Source: Vicinamibacterales bacterium (GTDB lineage: Bacteria > Acidobacteriota > Vicinamibacteria > Vicinamibacterales > 2-12-FULL-66-21). Taken from it: a stretch of DNA of 64,000 nt. Where the stretch lies: positions 6,908-70,907 of the forward strand of contig DASPFV010000219.1 of the NCBI GenBank assembly GCA_035620975.1, read 5' to 3'. The notes under the pieces were generated by a model. That model had not been told where the DNA came from. It did no database searches and saw only the letters and a list, made by a program, of their open reading frames with translations. This document shows, piece after piece, positions 19,942-27,775 of this stretch (positions are counted from its first letter, which is position 1; each line of letters opens with the position of its first letter). The position numbers and the translations under genes were made by a program.

Positions 19942-21645
19942 ATGCGGTACCTCGCTCTCGCCTGCGACTACGACGGTACACTCGCGCACCACGGCCGCGT
20001 CGACGACGCCACGGTCGAGTCGCTCGAGCGGCTGCGCGCGTCCGGCCGGAAGCTGCTGATGGTCACGGGCCGCGAGCTCGACGACCTCATGCGCGTGTTT
20101 CCGCGCCTCGAGTTGTTCGATCGCGTGGTGGCCGAGAACGGCGCTCTCGTATACGACCCGGGCACCCGCGAGGCGCGGCCGCTCGGCGAGGCACCGCCGG
20201 AGCGATTCATCCTCGAGCTGGAGCGGCGAGATGTCTGGCCGCTCTCGACAGGCCGCGTGATTGTCGCGACCTGGGAGCCGCACGATCGGGCGGTGCTGGA
20301 GGTGATCCGCGAGCTCGGCCTGGAGCTGCAGGTGATCTTCAACAAGGGGGCGGTGATGGTCCTGCCCTCCGGCATCAACAAGGCAACGGGGCTTCGCGAG
20401 GCCCTGGACGAGCTCGCGCTGTCGACCCACAACACCGTCGCGATCGGCGACGCCGAAAACGATCATGCCTTCCTGGCCGCGTGCGAGTGCGGCGTCGCCG
20501 TGGCGAACGCGCTCGAGAGCGTGAAGGCCCGCGTGGACATGGTCACCGCACGCGATCACGGCGCCGGGGTGGTCGAGCTGATCGATCGGCTGATTGCGTC
20601 CGACCTGGCCGAGCTGAACCTGCTCCTGACGCGCCACGACCTGCCGATCGGCATCACTGAATCCGGAACCGTGAACCTCGCTGCGTATGGCCGGGGGATT
20701 CTGGTCGCCGGCCCGTCGGGCTCCGGCAAGACGACGGTCACGACGACGCTGCTGGAGAAGCTGTGCGGGGCAGGCTACCAGTTCTGCCTCCTCGATCCCG
20801 AGGGTGACTACCACGAGTTCAGGGGTGCCATCGCCCTGCGCGGCAGCGACAGCCGGGCTCTCGCCGACGAGGCGTTGCGCGTCCTGGAGCGGCCGTCCGA
20901 GAATGCCGTCATCACGCTCCTGGATCTGAGGCTCGAGGACAGGCCTCCGTTCCTGCAGACCCTGCTTCCGCGGCTGCTGGAGCTGCGCAGCGCCACCGCG
21001 CGCCCCCACTGGATCGTGATCGACGAGGCGCATCATCTGCTGCCGTCGAAATGGCAGCCGTCCAGCACGACGCTGCCGCAGCAGTTCACGAACGCCGTGC
21101 TCGTCACGGTGCATCCCGACCATGTCTCGACGCCCGCGCTCCGGCTGGTGGAGACGATCATCGTCGTCGGGCCGGAGCCGCAGGAGACCCTGGACGCGTT
21201 CGCGCGGGGTCGCGGCGAACCAGCCTCCCGCCTGCCGGTGCACGACGACGAGCGCCAATGGGCCTGGCTGCTCCGGCCGGAGGCGCCGCCGGTGCAGTTC
21301 CACGTGCTCCCGCCGGCAGCCGAACGGCAGCGGCATCGGCGGAAGTATGCCGAGGGCGAGCTGAGCGAGGATCGCAGCTTCTACTTCCGCGGACCGGAGG
21401 CACGGCTCAACCTCAGAGCCCAGAACCTCGAGTTGTTCGCGCAGCTTGCCGACGGCGTGGACGACGAGACGTGGCAATACCACCTGCAGCGCGGCGACGT
21501 CTCGCGCTGGTTCCGGACGGCCATCAAGGACGAGTCGCTGGCCGACGAGGCCGCGGAAATCGAAGCGCGGGCCGACCTGGCGAGCGCCGACAGCCGTGCC
21601 CGCATCCGGGCCGCCATCGAGCGCCGCTACACGAAATCGGCGTAG
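19942..21645 (+). CDS. Fusion protein: HAD-IIB (Cof-type) phosphatase domain + HerA/FtsK-like P-loop ATPase domain + C-terminal helical domain
   Basis: HAD motifs are intact: I (CDYDGTL), the Lys motif (GINKATG) and IV (GDAENDHAFL). The ATPase half has Walker A (GPSGSGKTT) and Walker B (HWIVIDEAHHLLP). Confidence 0.8.
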   Translation: MRYLALACDYDGTLAHHGRVDDATVESLERLRASGRKLLMVTGRELDDLMRVFPRLELFDRVVAENGALVYDPGTREARPLGEAPPERFILELERRDVWPLSTGRVIVATWEPHDRAVLEVIRELGLELQVIFNKGAVMVLPSGINKATGLREALDELALSTHNTVAIGDAENDHAFLAACECGVAVANALESVKARVDMVTARDHGAGVVELIDRLIASDLAELNLLLTRHDLPIGITESGTVNLAAYGRGILVAGPSGSGKTTVTTTLLEKLCGAGYQFCLLDPEGDYHEFRGAIALRGSDSRALADEALRVLERPSENAVITLLDLRLEDRPPFLQTLLPRLLELRSATARPHWIVIDEAHHLLPSKWQPSSTTLPQQFTNAVLVTVHPDHVSTPALRLVETIIVVGPEPQETLDAFARGRGEPASRLPVHDDERQWAWLLRPEAPPVQFHVLPPAAERQRHRRKYAEGELSEDRSFYFRGPEARLNLRAQNLELFAQLADGVDDETWQYHLQRGDVSRWFRTAIKDESLADEAAEIEARADLASADSRARIRAAIERRYTKSA

Positions 21646-21724
21646 AGCTGACGCGCCCGATGCGCCATTGGAGGCTGCGGGTCACGATCCGGGTAGAATC
21701 GCGGTCACGACAAGGGAGGTCGCG

Positions 21725-22018
21725 ATGGCGAAATACGTGACGCTGTACCAGTTCACCGATCAGGGTGTCCGCAACGTGAAGGACTCGCCGGCGAGGCTCA
21801 AGGCTGCGGTCAAGAAAGCCGAGTCGATGGGGATGAAGATCGTCGCGGCGTACTACACGCAAGGTCCGTACGATCTGGTCGCGATCTCCGAGGTGTCAGA
21901 CGAGAAAGCCGCGACCGCGTTCGCGCTCGCGACGGCGGCGCAGGGCAACGTGCGCAGCACCACCATGCGTGCGTTCGACCCCGACGAGTTCGAAGCCATC
22001 GCGAAGATGATCTCCTAG
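21725..22018 (+). CDS. GYD domain protein
   Basis: MAKYVTLYQFTDQGVRNVKDSPARL...GPYDLV is typical of the GYD family. AAGGGAGG lies upstream of the ATG. Confidence 0.85.
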   Translation: MAKYVTLYQFTDQGVRNVKDSPARLKAAVKKAESMGMKIVAAYYTQGPYDLVAISEVSDEKAATAFALATAAQGNVRSTTMRAFDPDEFEAIAKMIS

Positions 22019-22118
22019 TGGGAGACGCCGCTCGTTGATTCCTGCCGGGTTTTCCTGCGCTCGCCTCGAGGCCGCCACCGACGGCGCGCCCCGAGGGTAG
22101 TCGGGATACTCTTGTTGC

Positions 22119-22637
22119 ATGCCGCTGAAGTCGATTCGCGCGTGGCTCGGCGTCGACCGCCCCGGGCAGGACGAATTCGCGCCGCTCCGCGAGACGCTCG
22201 ACGCACTGGATCATCTCGAACCGGACCGGGCCAGGTATCTCGGTGCGTTTGCGTATCTGCTCGGGCGCGTGGCGCATGCCGATCTGCACGTGTCGCAGGA
22301 CGAGACGCGGGCCATGGAGGCCCTCGTCCGGGAACACGGCGGCCTGCCGCATGACCAGGCGATCATCGTGGTGCAGCTGGCGAAGACCAGCAACCGGCTG
22401 TTTGGCGGGACGGCCAACTTCATCGTCGCGCGGGAGTTCTCCAGCCTCGCGACCTATGACCAGAAGCTCGCCCTGATGCGGTGCCTCTTCGAGGTGTCGG
22501 CGACCGACGCCGCGATTTCGACGGCCGAGGAAGCGGAGATCCACCGCATCGCCAACGAGCTTCGCATCCAGCCTCCGGACCTGCTCGCGCTCCGGGTGGC
22601 CCATCGCCGGCACCTGCCAGGGATGCCGCGCGACTAG
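22119..22637 (+). CDS. TerB-family (tellurite-resistance-like) protein
   Basis: Helical-bundle pattern with conserved D/E positions (ADLHVSQDETRAMEAL ... ATDAAISTAEEAEIHRIANEL) typical of TerB/DjlA-N domains. Confidence 0.65.
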   Translation: MPLKSIRAWLGVDRPGQDEFAPLRETLDALDHLEPDRARYLGAFAYLLGRVAHADLHVSQDETRAMEALVREHGGLPHDQAIIVVQLAKTSNRLFGGTANFIVAREFSSLATYDQKLALMRCLFEVSATDAAISTAEEAEIHRIANELRIQPPDLLALRVAHRRHLPGMPRD

Positions 22638-22764
22638 TCGAAGCGTCCAACCGGGCTCCCGGGCTGACGGTACCCACGCCGTGGTGTGCCCGGAGTGTAC
22701 GCTTGCCGTCCCGCCCGGGATCTTCGACAATACGGGCCGGGAGTTCCCGCTCAGGAGGACAGCC

Positions 22765-24207
22765 ATGAAAACCGTGGACGCCACGACGCGGCGGCGCGGG
22801 ATCTCGCGCCGCGAGTTCGTCGGCGGGGTGGTCGCAGCCGGCGTGCTCACGGGAGCACCCGCGATCCTCCGCGGGCGCAACCTCAACGACAAGCTCGACC
22901 TCGCCTTCATCGCCTGCGGCGGACGCGCCCGCGCGAACATGAACGAGCTGACGCTCAATCCCGATCGTTCTGCGCGCGGCGGGGCACCCGGTGCCCCGCA
23001 CCCCGACGAGAACGTCGTCGTGCTCTGCGACGTGGACCAGGGCGCCATCGATGCCGCGGCGCAGCGGTTCCCGAAGGCCCGGAAGGTCCACGACCTCCGC
23101 CGCGTCTTCGACCACCCCGGCGAATTCGACGCCGTGGTCGTCTCGACCGCTGAACACACGCACGCGTTCGCGACCTACCTGGCACTGACGCACGGCAAAC
23201 ACGTCTACTGCGAGAAGCCGCTCACCTACAACATCTGGGAAGCGCGCCTGATCCGGGAGCTGGCGGCGAAGCACCCGAAGCTGTCGACGCAGATGGGGAA
23301 CCAGGGCCACGCGTCACCGATGCGCCGGCGGATCAAGGAAATCCTCGACACGGGCGTCATCGGACCCGTGCACGAAGTGCACGTCTGGGCCGATCGTGCC
23401 TGGGGGCTCCAGGATGCCGCCTCGGCCGGGAAGTTCGACAAGCCGCACGGGTTCTACAAGGGCGTCCAGATCGTGGATCGGTTCAAGGACGAGATGCCGA
23501 TCCCGCCCGGCCTGCACTGGGACCTCTGGGTCGGCCCGGCGCCGACGCGGCCGTATCACGACACCTACTTCCCCGGTCCGCGCTGGTACCGCTGGTGGGA
23601 TTTCGGCAACGGCACGATGAGCGATCTCGGCAGCCACGACAACGACGTGCCGTACACCGTGCTCGACATCCGCCAGCCGCTGACGATCGAAGCGACGTCG
23701 CCGAACGTGCCGGTCGCGCACAAGGAACTTGCGCCCGCGACGATGATGGTGGTGTACGAATTCGCGGCCTCTCCGTCCGGCGCGCCGCCCGTGAAGCTCG
23801 TGTGGCATCAGGGCGACAGCAAGCCGCCTGGCTGGGTGCCCGAATGGGGCGGGCGCTCGCAGCTGTTCGTCGGCGGGAAAGGCATGCTGCTCGGCAACGG
23901 CAAGCTGCTGCCGGAGGAACGGTTCAAGGACTTCGAGATGCCGCCGGAAACGCTGCCCCGCTCGCCGGGTCACTGGGTCGAGTGGGTGAACTACGCGAAG
24001 GGGCTCGGTCCGGTGCCGGGATCCGACTTCCAGTACTCGGGCTGGACGACCGAGGCCAATCACCTCGGGAACGTCGCGTATCGCACCGGCAGGAAGATCG
24101 AATGGGACTACGAGAACCTGCGGGCGCGCAACGCGCCGGCAGCGGCGCCGTTCATCAAGCGGCCCGCGTACCGCAAGGGGTGGGACGACATCCTGAAGAT
24201 GCCGTGA
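22765..24207 (+). CDS. Tat-exported Gfo/Idh/MocA-family oxidoreductase
   Basis: AGGAGG precedes ATG 22765. A twin-arginine signal (TRRRGISRREFVGGVVAAG) is followed by a Rossmann-type domain (IACGGRARANM; TAEHTHA..EKPL). Confidence 0.85.
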   Translation: MKTVDATTRRRGISRREFVGGVVAAGVLTGAPAILRGRNLNDKLDLAFIACGGRARANMNELTLNPDRSARGGAPGAPHPDENVVVLCDVDQGAIDAAAQRFPKARKVHDLRRVFDHPGEFDAVVVSTAEHTHAFATYLALTHGKHVYCEKPLTYNIWEARLIRELAAKHPKLSTQMGNQGHASPMRRRIKEILDTGVIGPVHEVHVWADRAWGLQDAASAGKFDKPHGFYKGVQIVDRFKDEMPIPPGLHWDLWVGPAPTRPYHDTYFPGPRWYRWWDFGNGTMSDLGSHDNDVPYTVLDIRQPLTIEATSPNVPVAHKELAPATMMVVYEFAASPSGAPPVKLVWHQGDSKPPGWVPEWGGRSQLFVGGKGMLLGNGKLLPEERFKDFEMPPETLPRSPGHWVEWVNYAKGLGPVPGSDFQYSGWTTEANHLGNVAYRTGRKIEWDYENLRARNAPAAAPFIKRPAYRKGWDDILKMP

Positions 24208-24470
24208 CCCCGGCGTGCTTCGAGTACGGTCACCGGACCGAGCGCACGGGCGAGGCCTCCGCCTCACAGGGCGCCGGGTGCCCCAGCCCGTTTCGACAAT
24301 GAGCGTTCCGCCACGTCGACCGGTCGCGCGCCCGAGCGACGGGACGCGGGCCCGGCGGTGGGCAACCAGCCGCGCTGCTTCCTGCACGAGGAGAACAACG
24401 ATCGGCTGGCCGCAGGCCGGGGGGTGGCGGACCCCGCCTCGTCGGGGTAAGCTCGTCCGCGAGGCGACAC

Positions 24471-25982
24471 CTGTTCGAAGCCGCAGAACTCGATCGCTCG
24501 GTAGCCAAGGCCGACTACGACTTCGAGGTCTCCAAGCTGCGCTGGCAGCTGCTCGACGCGCAACGCACGCTCGAACGACGGCCGTTCCCGCTCATCGTGC
24601 TGTTCGGCGGCGTGGACGGCGCCGGTAAGAGCGAGACCGTGCACCTGCTCAACGAGTGGATGGATCCGCGGTGGATCGTCAACCGTGCGTTCGAGGCGCC
24701 CTCCGAGGACGAGCGGGAGCGGCCGCCGTTCTGGCGGTTCTGGCTGGCGCTGCCGCCGCGCGGCCGCATCGGCCTGTTCCTGAGCGCCTGGTATTCAGAG
24801 CCGCTGCTCGATCGCGTCCACCGGAGGACGACGCCCGCCGAGTTCGATGCCGCGCTGGACCGGATTGCGTCCTTCGAGCGGACGCTGGCCGACGACGGCG
24901 CCGTCTTCGTGAAGTTCTGGATGCACCTCGATCGCAAGGCGCAGAAGAAGCAGCTTCGCTCGCTCTCCAGGGATCCGCTCACGCGCTGGCGCGTCACCAG
25001 GACGCAGTGGAAGCAGTGGAAGCTCTACGATCGATTCGTGGCCGCGGCCGAGCGCATGATACAGCGCACCAGCTTCGGCCATGCGCCCTGGATCATCGTC
25101 GATGCGTCCGATCCGCGCTATCGCAGCCTCGTGGCCGGGACCGAGATCCAGCGGGCGTTGACGCGCGCGTTCGAGCGCCACGACCGCGCCTCCGAACTGG
25201 CACGGACGCGCGCGGCGGCAGCAACGCCGACTTCCCAGACGCCGGCGCTCGTCGACCGCGTGAGGCGCGATCGGTCGGTTCTCGACGCGCTCGACATGAA
25301 GCGCACGCTGTCGAAGCGCCTGTTCGACAAGCGCCTCCTCAAACAACAGGGCCGCCTGCACCTTCTCCAGCGCAAGGCCCAGGAGGCGCGGCGGTCGATC
25401 GTCTTCGTGTTCGAGGGCTGGGACGCCGCCGGCAAGGGCGGCGCGATTCGGCGCGTGACGTCCGCCCTCGACCCGCGCTCCTACCGCGTCATCCCGGTTG
25501 CCGCGCCGACCGACGAGGAGCGTGCGCGCCACTATCTGTGGCGGTTCTGGCGGCACCTCTCGCGAGCGGGTCGCGTGACGATCTACGACCGCAGCTGGTA
25601 CGGGCGGGTGCTCGTCGAACGCGTCGACGGTTTCGCCTCGGAGGCGGAGTGGAGCCGTGCCTATGCGGAGATCGAGGAGTTCGAACGGGAGCTGGTCGGG
25701 TCGGGGATTGTCCTGTTGAAGTACTGGCTCCACATCACGAAAGCGGAGCAGGAGAAGCGCTTCCGGGAACGGGCCAGCTCGCCCTACAAGAGCTGGAAGC
25801 TGACGGAGGAAGACTGGCGCAACCGCGAGAAGTGGGATGCCTACGAGCTGGCCGTCAACGACATGGTGGCCCGTACGAGCACCCGCCGCGCCCCGTGGCA
25901 CCTGATCCCGGCCAACGACAAGAACTATGCACGCGTCGAGGTGCTCCGCCGCGCCGCGAACGCGATCGAGCGGGCGCTCTGA
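24471..25982 (+). CDS. ppk2: Two-domain polyphosphate kinase 2 (polyphosphate:AMP phosphotransferase type)
   Basis: Two PPK2 repeats, each with a Walker A-like motif (GVDGAGKSE; GWDAAGKGG). The second repeat also carries RFWRH..DRSWYGRVLVER. Family homology (LFEAAELDRSVAKADYDFEV...) extends 42 codons upstream of the first ATG/GTG/TTG at 24597. The start is tentatively CTG 24471, preceded by GAGG. Confidence 0.85.
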   Translation: MFEAAELDRSVAKADYDFEVSKLRWQLLDAQRTLERRPFPLIVLFGGVDGAGKSETVHLLNEWMDPRWIVNRAFEAPSEDERERPPFWRFWLALPPRGRIGLFLSAWYSEPLLDRVHRRTTPAEFDAALDRIASFERTLADDGAVFVKFWMHLDRKAQKKQLRSLSRDPLTRWRVTRTQWKQWKLYDRFVAAAERMIQRTSFGHAPWIIVDASDPRYRSLVAGTEIQRALTRAFERHDRASELARTRAAAATPTSQTPALVDRVRRDRSVLDALDMKRTLSKRLFDKRLLKQQGRLHLLQRKAQEARRSIVFVFEGWDAAGKGGAIRRVTSALDPRSYRVIPVAAPTDEERARHYLWRFWRHLSRAGRVTIYDRSWYGRVLVERVDGFASEAEWSRAYAEIEEFERELVGSGIVLLKYWLHITKAEQEKRFRERASSPYKSWKLTEEDWRNREKWDAYELAVNDMVARTSTRRAPWHLIPANDKNYARVEVLRRAANAIERAL

Positions 25983-26041
25983 GCGGCGGGATCGCAGTCA
26001 ACGGACTGCGGGCAGGGGCAAGCTCCACAGGAGGAGATGAC

Positions 26042-27766
26042 ATGGCTCGAAAGAACGACAGTCACACCCGGCAGACGCGCCGCGCCTGGATGAAGACCGC
26101 GGCCGTCCTCACCGGCGCGGCAGCTGCGAAGTCCGTGGTGCCCCCGGGCCTGGAGGCGCAGACGAGCCGGTCTTCGACCGCAGCGTCGATGGCCGTCAGG
26201 GCCTCGGCGCAGAGCAACGTCGTCGAAACGACTGCAGGCAGGGTGCGCGGCTTCGCCGCAGATGGCATCCACACGTTCAAAGGCATCCCCTATGCGGCGT
26301 CGACGGCCGGCGCGCAGCGCTTCATGGCGCCTGCGAAGCCCACGCCGTGGACGGGCGTGCGCAGTGCCCTGGCTCTGGGCCCCTCCAGCCCGCAGGCCTA
26401 CAACTGCACCGCTATTGCCCGCCGCGGCGGCTGGAACAACGACGAAGAAGCCTTCATGTTCGACTGGGACGACGGCCGGCCGTCGGAGGACTGCCTGCGC
26501 GTGAACGTCTGGACGCCGGGGCTCGACGCAGGACGTCGTCCGGTTCTCGTCTGGATCCATGGCGGCGGGTACTCGTCGGGGTCCAGCAACGAGCTTCGCA
26601 TGTACGACGGCGAGAGCCTGAGCCGGCGCGGCAATGTCGTCGTCGTCAGCCTCAACCATCGCCTGGGTGTGCTCGGCTACCTCAATCTCGCCGAGCACGG
26701 CGACAGGTGGGCGAGCGCCGGGAACGCCGGGATGCTCGACATCGTCGCCGCCCTCGGCTGGATCAAGGAGAACATCGCGAGCTTCGGCGGGGATCCCGGC
26801 AGGGTGATGATCTTCGGCCAGTCGGGCGGGGGCGGCAAGGTGGGGAATCTGATGGGCATGCCGTCGGCCAGGGGGCTGTTCCAGCGTGCCGCAATCCAGA
26901 GCGGGTCGACGGGTGTGCGGCGGCCGGCACGCGATCGCTCCGCCGAACTGGCGGCCGCGGTGCTCCACGAGCTTGGCCTGACGCGCGCCACTCTCGACAA
27001 GCTCCAGGAGCTGCCGTACGAGCGTATCGTCGAGGCGGGTGTTCTGGCTCAGCGGAAGATGAACCCCACACCGGCCGCTCCCGGAACCGGCGGCGGGGTC
27101 AACTGGGCGCCTGTCGTCGATGGCCGGATCCTGCCGGAGCACCCGTGGGATCCCCACGCGTCGCCGCTGAGCGCCGAGGTGCCGCTCCTCGTCGGCACGA
27201 CGCTCAACGAGTTCGCGAACAGCATCCAGGCGGGTGATCCATCGCTCGACGGGATGACGCTGGACGAGGTGAAGAAGCGGCTGGCGGCGCAGCGTGGCGA
27301 ACGTGCCGACCAGATCCTGCAATCGTTTCAGCAGACGTTTCCGAACGCCACGCCGTACGAGCTGTTCTCGCGCATCAGCGGGATGACCTCGCGCATGAAC
27401 GCGGTCCTGCAGGCCGAGCGGAAGGAAGCGCAGCGGGCCGCGCCGGTCTATCTCTACTGGTTCCAGTGGCAGACCCCGATTCTCGACGGCCGCCCGCGCG
27501 CGTTCCACTGCGCCGAGCTGCCGTTCGTCTTCTACAACACGGACCGGTGCGCGACGATGACGGGCGGCGGCGGGGACGCGCGCGAACTGGCGGGACGGAT
27601 GGCCGACGCGTGGGTGGCCTTCGCCCGCACCGGCGATCCCAACCACGCGGGCCTGCCGAAATGGCCGGCGTTCACCGCGGCGCCGTGCCCCACGATGGTG
27701 TTCGACGACACGTGTGTCGTGGCGAACGGGCCGGATGCGGATCAGCGGCGGCTGCTCACGCTGTGA
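26042..27766 (+). CDS. Exported type-B carboxylesterase/lipase family protein
   Basis: AGGAGGA lies upstream and a Tat-like signal (TRRAWMKTAAVLTGAAAA) follows. Family motifs are EDCLRVNVW, the oxyanion WIHGGGY, and the nucleophile elbow FGQSGGG. Confidence 0.9.
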   Translation: MARKNDSHTRQTRRAWMKTAAVLTGAAAAKSVVPPGLEAQTSRSSTAASMAVRASAQSNVVETTAGRVRGFAADGIHTFKGIPYAASTAGAQRFMAPAKPTPWTGVRSALALGPSSPQAYNCTAIARRGGWNNDEEAFMFDWDDGRPSEDCLRVNVWTPGLDAGRRPVLVWIHGGGYSSGSSNELRMYDGESLSRRGNVVVVSLNHRLGVLGYLNLAEHGDRWASAGNAGMLDIVAALGWIKENIASFGGDPGRVMIFGQSGGGGKVGNLMGMPSARGLFQRAAIQSGSTGVRRPARDRSAELAAAVLHELGLTRATLDKLQELPYERIVEAGVLAQRKMNPTPAAPGTGGGVNWAPVVDGRILPEHPWDPHASPLSAEVPLLVGTTLNEFANSIQAGDPSLDGMTLDEVKKRLAAQRGERADQILQSFQQTFPNATPYELFSRISGMTSRMNAVLQAERKEAQRAAPVYLYWFQWQTPILDGRPRAFHCAELPFVFYNTDRCATMTGGGGDARELAGRMADAWVAFARTGDPNHAGLPKWPAFTAAPCPTMVFDDTCVVANGPDADQRRLLTL

Positions 27767-27775
27767 GCTGATCGC

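Noticed and set aside
19885-21483. 532-aa minus-strand ORF
   Set aside because: It is antisense to the HAD-ATPase fusion, which has clear catalytic motifs. The composition is Arg/Leu/Gly/Pro-biased with no family signature.
24656-26041. First 462 codons of the 1036-aa plus-strand ORF
   Set aside because: This part overlaps the PPK2 gene in another frame and is Arg/Ala/Gly-rich. The real gene (carboxylesterase) begins at ATG 26042, with an SD and a Tat-like signal.
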